NCBI GenBank assembly: GCA_964016885.1
Contig: OZ024740.1
Coordinates: 255,502,001-255,566,000, forward strand
Direction of reading: 5' to 3'
Length of the DNA: 64,000 nt
DNA from: Eledone cirrhosa
Taxonomy: Eukaryota
Part shown: positions 53,651-64,000 of the stretch, in pieces
How positions within the stretch are numbered: the stretch's first letter is position 1
Layout of the letters: the number at the start of each line of letters is the position of its first letter
Translations under genes and position numbers: made by a program
Notes under the pieces: model-generated
What the model was told of the DNA's origin: nothing
Database searches by the model: none
The model's input: only the letters and a program-made list of their open reading frames with translations

Positions 53651-56600
53651 AACAAGTAGGACCCAGACGGCTGAGCTCAAGCCGTTTCGACGGCTAATTC
53701 TGGACTAAATGAAAATTTTTAGTCTGGTAAATGAATAGCCGAACTCCTCAGAGGGTAATTCCCTATATGGTAAAAGTGATTGTCACAAGGATTGGTCAAA
53801 AGTTTGTTGTTAAGACACATGATTCTATCATGGCATTTTGTGGAAGGTAGGGTAGTTGAACTTGCCAGTAGAAGAAAGAGGAAGAGGGAGTGGAGGAAAC
53901 CCAGTCAAGCGTTGAAAGTGAAAACTACAGCAGATTCTAAGGATAGTGTATAGAAGGTCGAAAAAAGTATACTAGAGAAGGGGAGGGGGGGGGGGGAGTG
54001 AAACAATAAGTAAATCTAAATGGAGTAAATATATAAAAAATATAAAAAATATAAAAAATATAAAAATATAAAAAAACAAAATTCTGGTTACTAGTCCCCT
54101 TCCACAATCATCAAACCTCTCACTGGTACTGCTAAGCTATAGAAAAGTTTAATAGGTGGGAAGGAATACTAAATACAAGATTGTAGTGAAAGAATTTTAT
54201 GAGCCCATCATTACAGGGGGTCTACAACCACTACAATAGTTAGTAGTAATAGGCCAAAGCTATCTTACAATGACAGGTCAACAAGTTGAGGACCAACATA
54301 CTAAAAAACCTAATACGAAATATTAATTCAGAACCCGAAACATGAAAACTAATACAATATATATAAGTACTGCTACAATACATAAATTCTAATGCAATCT
54401 ACATAAATACTCATACAATATATATAAAAAACTAATACAGTATATGCAAATACTGCTACAATACATAAATTCTAATACAGTCTACATAAATACTCGTACA
54501 ATATATATGAAAAACTGATACGAAAAATTAATTCAGAATCCCAAAAATTAAATACTGAATACGAGAAACTAAAGCCGAAATACCACTAAGAAATCTAGAA
54601 ATCACGGAAATGGGGCAGCAACCAGAGAAGAAAGCAAGTATCTGGGGTCTAGAACATCTGCTATGAAAAGCGGAATCGGCCAATTCTATCATAAAATAAG
54701 GGGGGTAGGGGTACTGAGGCTACAGAGGACAAAAGGGCTGCATCGGAGTGGGCGAGAAGGTGAAAAGAATGACTACAATGAAGGAGATCTGGGGTGGAAG
54801 GACTAGGAAGGGATAGAGGAAGAAGAAAATATAGAGGAAACGATAAAAAATATATAAAAAGAATATAAAAAAAGTTACCTATACCTTTGTAAGCAGGGGT
54901 TACCTTTACAAAGTCGGCAAGTGGGGTGTTTTAGCCCTTGTATACCCCCCAGGGGTCATTATGGGGTTTGAGGGTGAGGTAAGTCCTACGCAATCTGTGT
55001 TTGCATGCAGTTACAAGTTCGTCTTTCTTGTTTAGGAGTTGGTCCGTCAAAAACAGCATTTGTAATATTTCCTGCGAGCATAAGTTACACGGACGGCGTC
55101 CTCCCGTGTAAGAGTTGGCTCTGGACAGTAAGCTCCAAGTGAGATTATATGTTATATTGTTATCTTTGAGGTCCCAGATGTGGCCCGAAAGTGTAGTGGC
55201 GTGACGCCGGGCCGGGTTTCGGAAAGTATGTCTGTGTTGGTATAGCCGGGTCTTGAAGTCACAAGCGGTTAATCCTATATAAGCTTTGTTGGAGATGTCC
55301 GTCCTCACGTTGCACTGGTAGATCACATTACGATCTCTGCATCTTCTTGTCGATGGGGCAAACGGATCCATCAGGACAGTTACACCTCCTGGTCGGCTCT
55401 CCACTGCTATCTAGGTTATTTCTTCCATAGGGGTTGAGTTTTTTGTTGTTAGAGGAGACGATGTTTTGTGCAAAGTTAGGTGTGGTGCTGTAGGAGAGTT
55501 TGATAACATTTTTGTTGATTATGTTGTGGTAGCGGTGTTGTAGTGGGAAGTGTTTTTCGATGAGCCTAAAGAAGATTTTCACGATAGGCATTGTGGGGAG
55601 GATTGAACCTCGTTGTGTGAGCGGCGGTGTCGCCTGCTGGTTCCGCTAATGGAAGCTGGACAATAGGATATTTCCTTCCGGAAGCCACTCCGCTTGAGGG
55701 CCTGGTTGTAATAAGGCGCATGTTCCGCTCATTAGCGGACAAACGAGATATGCGGAGGGAGATGTTTTTAACCAGGTTATACTTTCGGGCCACATCTGGT
55801 ACTTCAAAGATAACAATATAACCAATAATCTCACTTGGATCTTACTGTCCAAAGCCGTCCGTGTAACTTATGCTCGGAGGAATCATTACAAATGTTGTTT
55901 TCGACGGACCAACTCCTAAACAAGAAAGACGAACTGGTAACTGCATGCAAATACAGATTGCGTAGGACTTACCTCGCCCTCAAACCCCATAATGACTGGA
56001 GAGGGGGGGGGGGTAGACAAGTAAGGGGTAACCCCTGCTTACAAAGGTAGACGTAACTTTTTTTATATATTCTTTTTATATAATTTTTATCGTTTCCTCT
56101 ATATTTCCTTCTTCCTCCATCCCTTCCTAGTCCTTCCACCCCAGATCTCCTTCTTTGTCGTCGTTCTTTTCACCTTCTCGCCCACCCCGATGCAGCCCTT
56201 CGGTCCTCTGAAGCCTCAGTACCCCCCCCCCCCCTTATTTTATGATAGAATTGGCCGATTCCGCTTTTCATAGCAGATGTGCTAGACCCCAGATACTTGC
56301 TTTCTTCTCTGGTTGCTGCCCCATTTCCGTGATTTCTAGATTTCTTAGTGGTATTTCGGCTTTAGTTTCTCGTATATCAGTATTTATCTTTTGGGATTCT
56401 GAATTAATTTTTCGTATTAGTTTTTCATATATATTGTACGAGTATTTATGTAGACTGTATTAGGATTTATCTATTGTAGCAGTATTTATATATATTGTAT
56501 TAGTTTTTTTATATATATTGTATGAGTATTTATGTAGATTGCATTAGAATTTATGTATTGTAGCAGTACTTATATATATTGTATTAGTTTTCATGTTTCG

Positions 56601-57394
56601 GGATTCTGAATTAATATTTCGTATTAGTTTCGGGTTCTGAATTAATATTTCGTATTAGTTTTTTTAGTATCTTGTTCCTCAACTTGTTGACCTGTCATTG
56701 TAAGATAGCTTTGGCCTATTACTACTAACTATTGTAGTGGTGGTAGACCCCCTGTAATGATGGCCTCATAAAATTCTTTCACTACAATCTCGTATTTAGT
56801 ATTCCTTCCCACCTATTAAACTTTTCTATAGCTTAGCAGTACCAGTGAGAGATTTGATGATTGTGGAAGGGGACTAGTAACCAGAATTTTGTTTTTTTAC
56901 ATTTTTTATATTTTATATATTTTTTATATTTTTTATATATTTACTCCATTTAGAATTACTTATTGTTTCAACCCCCCCTCCCCTTCTCTAGTATACTTTT
57001 TTCGACCTTCTATACACTATCCTTAGAATCTGCTGTAGTTTTCACTTTCAACGCTTGACTGGGTTTCCTCCACTCCCTCTCCCTCTTTCTTCTACTGGCA
57101 AGTTCAACTACCCCTACCTTCCACAAAATGCCATGATAGAATCATGTGTCTTAACAACAAACTTTTGACCAATCCTTGTGACAATCACTTTTACCATAGA
57201 TGGAATTACCCCCTGAGAAGTTCGGCTTTTCATTTACCAGGCTAAAAATGTTCATTTAGTCCAGAATTAGCCGTCGAAACGGCTTGAGCTCAGCCGTTGG
57301 GGTCCTACTTGTTCCTACTACCCACTCTACTACTCTAAGTATTGAGTACTTTGGTGCGTTATGGTTCATCTGGTTCCTTACCACATTTCCTTCG

Positions 57395-57396
<2 letters not shown>
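53648..57396. mobile_element. Penelope-like element D (3' part only) as a head-to-head palindrome
   Basis: The minus copy 55781..53648 carries GIY-YIG (NVIYQC..AYIGLT..FKTR). The plus copy from ~55781 mirrors 55191..53648 and extends to ~57396. (TA)n at both ends. Confidence 0.9.
53661..53756 (-). ncRNA. Type I hammerhead ribozyme with full stem III (mirror copy at 57208..57303 +; partial copy ~59528..59565 -)
   Basis: accct-CTGAGGA-gttcggcta..tagccgtc-GAAA-cggct tgagctc agccg-TC-tgggt. The mirror copy has a perfect acccc/ggggt stem I but a CTGAGAA core. Confidence 0.75.
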
Positions 57397-57431
<35 letters not shown>

Positions 57432-57584
57432 GTAATAATAATAATAAATTTGAAGACTAAAATCCAATGTGGGCTCGATAAGATTAAATATATATCAGAT
57501 ATATAAGAACCGTTAAGGGTGAAAGCAGCGAAATTTTGCTTAAACTTTAATCTGTTATTTTAATAAATAATTAATATATATATA

Positions 57585-57673
<89 letters not shown>

Positions 57674-58149
57674 CATTAATTCGAGTATGCGTTGGTTAAT
57701 TACCGACACTTCAGTATGCAGGGTAGAGCACTCGACGAAGTGCGCAGGTGGCGTATATTTAGAAACAAGAAGTGTAAGTCAACAGGTTAGAATCATCTTC
57801 GTTTACCCATATTCACTGTTTCGGTGATAACCAGTATGCAACAGCTATGACCTCATCGGACAGCTATAATTTGAGCAGAAATGACAGTAAAACGTAAGGG
57901 TGGAATAAACCTTACTTCTGTTATTTCAATTTTTTTACATGCTCAGTGCCGAAGTTTGGTGTTAATTTCTCAAAGCACAGGTCGCATATTATTTAGAATG
58001 AATGAATTCAAGCACCTGTAGAATTCAACTCCCTCCCATTGGTCAGATTCAGTTTCACCATTCCAATGACGAGTCTATTGAGATTCTTAGGTCAATTGTA
58101 TTGGAATCAGGTCAGTCGGCTGGGGTTGTTTTTAGCAACCAACTATAAT

Positions 58150-58309
58150 TGTTTCTACTTTTGGCACAAGGCCAGCAATTATCCCAGTGTATTACTGGTA
58201 CTTTATTTATCGACCCCGTAAGGATGAAAGGCAAAGTTAACCTCGGCGGGATTTGAACTCAAACCATAAAGGGCTGTAACTCTTTGCTGCAAAGAATGGC
58301 GTCCGACCC
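58150..58309 (-). mobile_element. tRNA-derived SINE (Meta-SINE-like core), 5'-truncated, TSD ACTATAAT
   Basis: B box GAGTTCAAATCC; core gcctttcatccttacggggtcgataaa; three copies in the window. Confidence 0.82.
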
Positions 58310-58560
58310 ACTATAATAATTGTATATACCCTGAATATAGGAATGTTTTGGTCTTTGTGATCTCTGCAGTTCCATTAATGGCAGTAGTGTTAATATACTA
58401 CTATCAAAATATACCACTCTCCTTGTTGTAAGTGAATGTATTGGAGGTGTTAGTGAAAATTTCGAATGTATATACAGATATGGGGTGATTTAGAAATGTG
58501 TATGCTTATCAATATTGAGAGTCATGATAATAAAAGGTGTTAAAATCATAATCCATATTG

Positions 58561-58841
<281 letters not shown>

Positions 58842-59434
58842 ATTACACGGCTCTGAAAGATTCCCTTCTTTGAGCTATTTAATTGTAAAAGACTTTTGAG
58901 TTTGTAACTCAATCTATGATATTCTCGACTCCATATGTAGAGCTAACTTTAGTCTCATAAACCCCGCTGCTATTTTTAGCGGCATGAGTATGAGACGCGC
59001 TAGGCGCTGTAACATGTGCTTTTATATCGGCATATCGTTCAGTCTTCTTAGATCCTTTGGAGTGAAAGGTACGAATTTCCTGGATACCAGCAGAAGAGCA
59101 CAGGAATGGTGGCTTTCACTTAATAATTCTTGCGAAACAGATTTAGATCTGTCCAGGTATAAAAGGCAGTTGCCCGATATAGGTTTGTTATTTTTATTGA
59201 TTTATTACTTTAAATCGAGACAGGCAAACCATATTGTTTTAAATTAGTATTTTTTCAACCTAGCTAACTTAGTCATTTGCAATTGGAACACAAGTATACT
59301 TGTATCGGTTTTCATCTCTCTCATATACTCAATTATATTACACGGCTCGGAAAGATTCCCTTCTTTGAGCTATTTAATTGTAAAAGACTATTTTGAGTTT
59401 CTAACTCAATATATGATATGTATATACATATATA

Positions 59435-59610
59435 CAACAAAGGAGTTGTGGTAAGGAACCAGATTGACCATAACGCACCAGAGTACTCAGTACTTAGGGT
59501 AGTAGTGTGGGTAATAGGAAAATGTATGACCCCAACGGCAGAGCTCAAGCCGTTTCGACAGCTATTTCTGAAATAAACGAAAATCAAAATTCGATTAATA
59601 ATTAGCAAAT
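59435..59610 (-). mobile_element. 3'-terminal fragment of a PLE-D relative
   Basis: The reverse complement matches ~57255..57396. Ends at a TA-rich tract. Confidence 0.75.
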
Positions 59611-59629
59611 ATAATGAATGTAACATTGT

Positions 59630-59800
59630 GAAAATAATATGAGCTGCCTAATATGAGTCACAAAAACTGTTATGTTGGTTCTCGAAAACTAGATCCGATA
59701 CGACTTAACCGTTGTCATATTCGTATTCAGCACCTTTGATTACCCATAACTCAGACCAGATCATACCAGAACCATGAAAAAAATATGTTGTTGACCAGTG
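59630..59800 (+). mobile_element. Probable orphan right end of a Chapaev3/CMC-like DNA transposon
   Basis: Ends TGTTGACCAGTG followed by TTA, the same terminus as 61821..61832. Confidence 0.5.
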
Positions 59801-59917
59801 TTATCAATTAAACGGTGTTAAGTTTAAAATGTAAGTTTGAAGAAATAATAGATATATGTTTACCAATATTCCTCTAGCCACGGAGCTAGAGGAATATTGG
59901 TAAACATATATCTATAG

Positions 59918-61832
59918 TATGTAGATCTTGTGTCAATCACCTGAGTGAATGGATGATTGGAAAGCGAAACTCAGGTTTGTCTTTTGCCATACCAATTGTG
60001 TGGCGAGAACCAGAAACCATAATAATTGTTTCTACTTTCGGCACAAGGCCAGCAATTACCCAGTACATTACTGGTACTTTATTTTATCGCCCTCGTAAGG
60101 ATGAAAGGCAAAATTAACCTTGGCGGGATTTGAACTTAGATCGTAAAGGGACGTAACTATGCTGGAAAGCATGTTCAACCTTCTACCAATTCTGCCAATC
60201 GACCGCCCTCCAGAAACCATAATAATGACTGCTACTTCTGCCTTACAAACATCAAAGGAATAACTGTCAAGACATGAACTACAATACAATACCCCAACAT
60301 CCCTTCAGCAATCCGACCAGTAATACACAGTGAAGAATTACCGGTTCCAGTTCCACCTGCTGGACACGAGCTAAGCACGGATTCTGATTCCAGTAGCAGC
60401 TCTATGGATGATGACTATCAAGACGAACCAGAGTCAACTAAACCTGTACCATTTAACCAGGGAGCTCTTCATGATCTTATTAGGGACTTAGATTTGTCTA
60501 AAGAAAAGGCAGAGGTACTGGGATCAAGACTGAATCAACGTAACCTGCAGGAACCTGGCGTTCGCCTCACAACTGCTCGTCATCGGTATGAACAACTTTT
60601 CAAAATGGAAAATATCCTTTGCTATTGTCATAATGCATAGTCTTTCATGCAACAACTCTGAAAATCTGATTCATACAAATCACATCATTGAAGGCTTTTC
60701 ATTGATTCAGGCAAAAATACTATATTGGAAATCAGTTTCCCTCTGTACCAATTATTCATGCAACAAATATGGCTGAAGATTATGAAACAATGAAAACTTT
60801 GCTTTCCTCTATTGAGTACCAAAAGCACCAGGGGAAAATATGAGGGGATCTCAAAGTAATTAGACTTATTCTAGGTCTTCAGACTGGTTACACAAAGCAT
60901 ATGTACTTTTCTGTGCTTGTGGAATAGTATAGCAGATACGGAGCACTAGTTAAAAAAGAATTGGCCAGCAAGACCAAAGGATGGCAAAGAAAGGTTCTAC
61001 TGCCTGTACAAACTACTAGTGGGGCCAGAAAAAAGTATCCCTGCCTCTATTACATCTTAAATTAGCCTTGGCAAAACATTTCATAAAAGGCATGGATCAT
61101 ACAGGAAATGGGTTTCAACTGTATAAGAAGTTGGCTGGTGTAGTATCTGAGGCAAAGTTAAAAGCAGGGGCTTTGAATGGTGCTCAGACTCGCATGCTGG
61201 TTAATGATAATGAGTTTGCTAAAACTCTAAAACCTTTCGAAACTACTGCATGGAAATCATTCGTTGATATGACACATAACCTTTTTGGAAATCACCGTGC
61301 AGACAACTATGAAAAAATTGTTGAAACCATGATACAAAATTATCGAACTCTGGGTTCACGAATGTCCTTGAAGCTTCATTTCTTCCATTCTCATCTGGAT
61401 TTCTTCCCAGATAACCTAGGAGACATCAGTGTTGAACATGGAGAAAAGTTTCACCGAGACCTTGCGATAATGGAGAGCAGTTATCAGGGCCAGTTCATTC
61501 CGAATATATTGGAAGACTACTGATCGACACTGCAATGTGAAGATAACCAGCAGAACATGCGTAGAAGCAGAATCAGGAAAATGTTTTAGGACTCCTTCCA
61601 TTTTTCTCAATATATGAAGTATTATTAAAACCAATAAAATAAAATATATCACTAGTTAGTATATATGTTAAAAAGGGGATAGAAATGACTGTACACGGAA
61701 CATATTTCCCATCCAATATACAGAAATCCTGGTCCGATAACAAAAAATTTGTTTCAAAACTGAATTCAGCTCTAGAAAATTAGTAAGCAGCACATATTCA
61801 TATGTAAGAATCATTTTGGCTGTTGACCAGTG
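59918..61832 (+). mobile_element. Decayed Chapaev3/CMC-like DNA transposon (transposase pseudogene plus right terminus ..GACCAGTG)
   Basis: WREP..DCYFC, LHDLIRDLDLSKEKAEVLGSRL, GDLKV, MSLKLHFFHSHLDFFPDNLG..EHGEKFH. Left terminus not found. Family assigned from remembered motifs. Confidence 0.75.
60027..60209 (-). mobile_element. Full-length tRNA-derived SINE inserted in the transposase, 17 bp TSD CCAGAAACCATAATAAT
   Basis: TSD at 60010..60026 and 60210..60226; A box TGGCAGAATTGG; B box AGTTCAAATCC. Confidence 0.9.
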
Positions 61833-62041
61833 TTATTCATTTAGTGTTATTTATTTCTACGGACTAAGAAGAAAAATTATGTAAATTTTTATCTGCTCGT
61901 TCTTCAAAATTATAATTTTATATAGCTCTGATTATTCATTTAATTCATTCATTGAGCCACACCTCTGAAGGTAGGCTACTCTCATATATGCATCTATGCT
62001 TATGTTTAAATATATATGTATTCCTTCTGACTTTGTTTATA

Positions 62042-62057
<16 letters not shown>

Positions 62058-62110
<53 letters not shown>
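62058..62110. repeat. Unoccupied (TAA)n tract (another at ~62788..62822)
   Basis: Direct reading; no LINE ends adjacent. Confidence 0.9.
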
Positions 62111-62113
<3 letters not shown>

Positions 62114-62713
62114 TGTGGAGAGGAAGCACACGGGTTAGGATATATATATATGAAAATAGAGAGAAAGAGACGGTTGTTAGGAAGACAAATATATTTTTTT
62201 CCTTTTTTATTAGGGAAATCATATCAAACCTCAGTCCACCATTTGCCTCCATCATGGAATCATGGATCAACTAAGCACTCTTGCTATATTAACACATTTT
62301 GATCTGCTTAACTTCAAGAACTATGCCTGTAAATAACATTATTTTTCCTTTCACATTGACATTTTATGCTCTACATTACCTCCGTTTTTTTCTTTTTTCT
62401 TTTTTCTTTTTATTTCATAAACCTTGTTAGTAAATAACATTATTCTTTCCGCACCATTTCTTTAACATGTGCGACACCACCATACTACACTAATATATAT
62501 CACTATCATTTGATAATGCATAAAAATGCTGAAACCGGTAATAGACAATTATTAAATATATAAATAGATAAATAAATGCCATTGTTAATTAATAAATAAT
62601 TCAACTAATACCTTAACACTTCACACAAAATGAAACATTTCGTTTTAATAATTTTCTAACCCAGAAAAAAGAAAGAAGGGAATAAAAAGGAAAAAAAAAT
62701 TTTTCTTCCCTGT

Positions 62714-62751
<38 letters not shown>

Positions 62752-62786
62752 CAAAAATCGGAATTAAGAGTATTCCGCAGTTCACT

Positions 62787-62822
<36 letters not shown>

Positions 62823-63576
62823 GTATTATTAGCTCAAAGAAGAATAGAGAATTTCCTTCCGAGCTCAAATGTAAGTATATATTACACAAAGAGAAATGTG
62901 TTACACAGTGAGAAGTGTGTAAAGAATTATTACAAGTGATTTTACCGTTACTGTATAGGGAACAATATCTACAGGTCAGCAATTAAATAGAAAAAAAACC
63001 AGATCAGAATCAAATCTCTGGATTGGAATTTTAAATCACAATCCTTATAACTATATTTTGCTGATACGAACCTAGTTTTTCGTTTCACCACTTATATGTG
63101 TCACCACCTATATGTGTAGTTTAACAGTCCACATGGATCATCAGTCAGCAAACACACACACCAAACATTAAACAGACACGCAAACCCATGCGCAGAGACA
63201 GAGACAAGAATAAATAAAAAAATAAATTAAATAAAAATGGCGTAAACTTTACAATACAATGGGAGGAAACATAATAGTATCATTGATGATGTCGCAGATG
63301 TGTGACGAAAGAACTTTGATAGACTGTATATATATATATTTATATCTGTATTTTTAACCGTTGGACAATCAAAGATAAACATTGATTGTCAAATAAATTA
63401 ACTATGGAGATATAAAAGATACAGAAGCGAAAACCAGCCCAAACCGAACAGTGAGTGTGTTCTGTTGTTATTTCTGGCAATATTATAACAATATGACCCT
63501 CCCCAAGTATAATATATATATATATAACTTGACTTTGTTGTTTTTTATTTTCATTGTGAATTTAATACCCAATACA

Positions 63577-63646
<70 letters not shown>

Positions 63647-63759
63647 CACATATATGTATTGGGTATTAAATTCACAATGAAAATAAAAAACAACAAAGTC
63701 AAGTTACTTTAATTATTTATATCTTTGTTTTACGATCCTTTCGGAGGGTTGATCATAAT

Positions 63760-63941
63760 TGTTTCTACGTTAGGCACAAGGCCAGCAATTAACCAGTGCA
63801 TTACTGGTACTTTATTTTTATCGACCCCGTAAGGATGAAAGGCAAAGTTAACCTCAGCGGTATTTGAACTCAGAATGGCAAGGGCCGTAACTCTATACGT
63901 CAAAGCATGGCGTCCGACCCTCTCCCAATACTGCCAATCCA
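63760..63941 (-). mobile_element. tRNA-derived SINE, TSD TGATCATAAT
   Basis: TSD at 63750..63759 and 63942..63951; same core as the other two copies. Confidence 0.88.
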
Positions 63942-64000
63942 TGATCATAATGACATATTTTCTGATCTATAGCAGTTATATAACTGTATACTATCAGACC

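Noticed and set aside
60130-60209. tRNA gene
   Set aside because: A and B boxes belong to the SINE head; no cloverleaf, and it is bounded by a TSD.
61840-63520. Possible host exon in AT-rich unique-looking DNA
   Set aside because: No ORF with recognisable motifs or supportable splice structure; small exons cannot be excluded without RNA data.

Overview
Eukaryotic (animal) repeat-dense DNA with no recognisable host gene. The SINE family, AT content and microsatellite load suggest a mollusc or cephalopod, which is inference only. The window is almost entirely retroelements, sorted by the microsatellite they sit in. (1) L1/Tx1-type LINEs (zinc-knuckle ORF1; APE-RT-CCHC ORF2; six copies or fragments) are bounded by (TTA)n on their sense strand at every intact end. 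(2) R4/Dong-type RLE non-LTR elements (four copies) sit in the same tracts on the opposite strand, giving composite LINE arrays. (3) At least four Penelope-like elements (PLEs; RT plus C-terminal GIY-YIG) end in (TA)n. They show direct pseudo-LTRs or large head-to-head palindromes. About a dozen hammerhead-ribozyme-like motifs were read by eye, several with a non-canonical CCGANGA core. (4) Three tRNA-derived SINEs have ATAAT-ending TSDs and a 3' tail resembling the Tx1 tail. (5) A decayed Chapaev3/CMC-like DNA transposon is present. Many small fold-back palindromes occur, three centred on (TA)n. Coordinates were read by eye and may be off by a few bases; family names come from motif recognition, not database searches.
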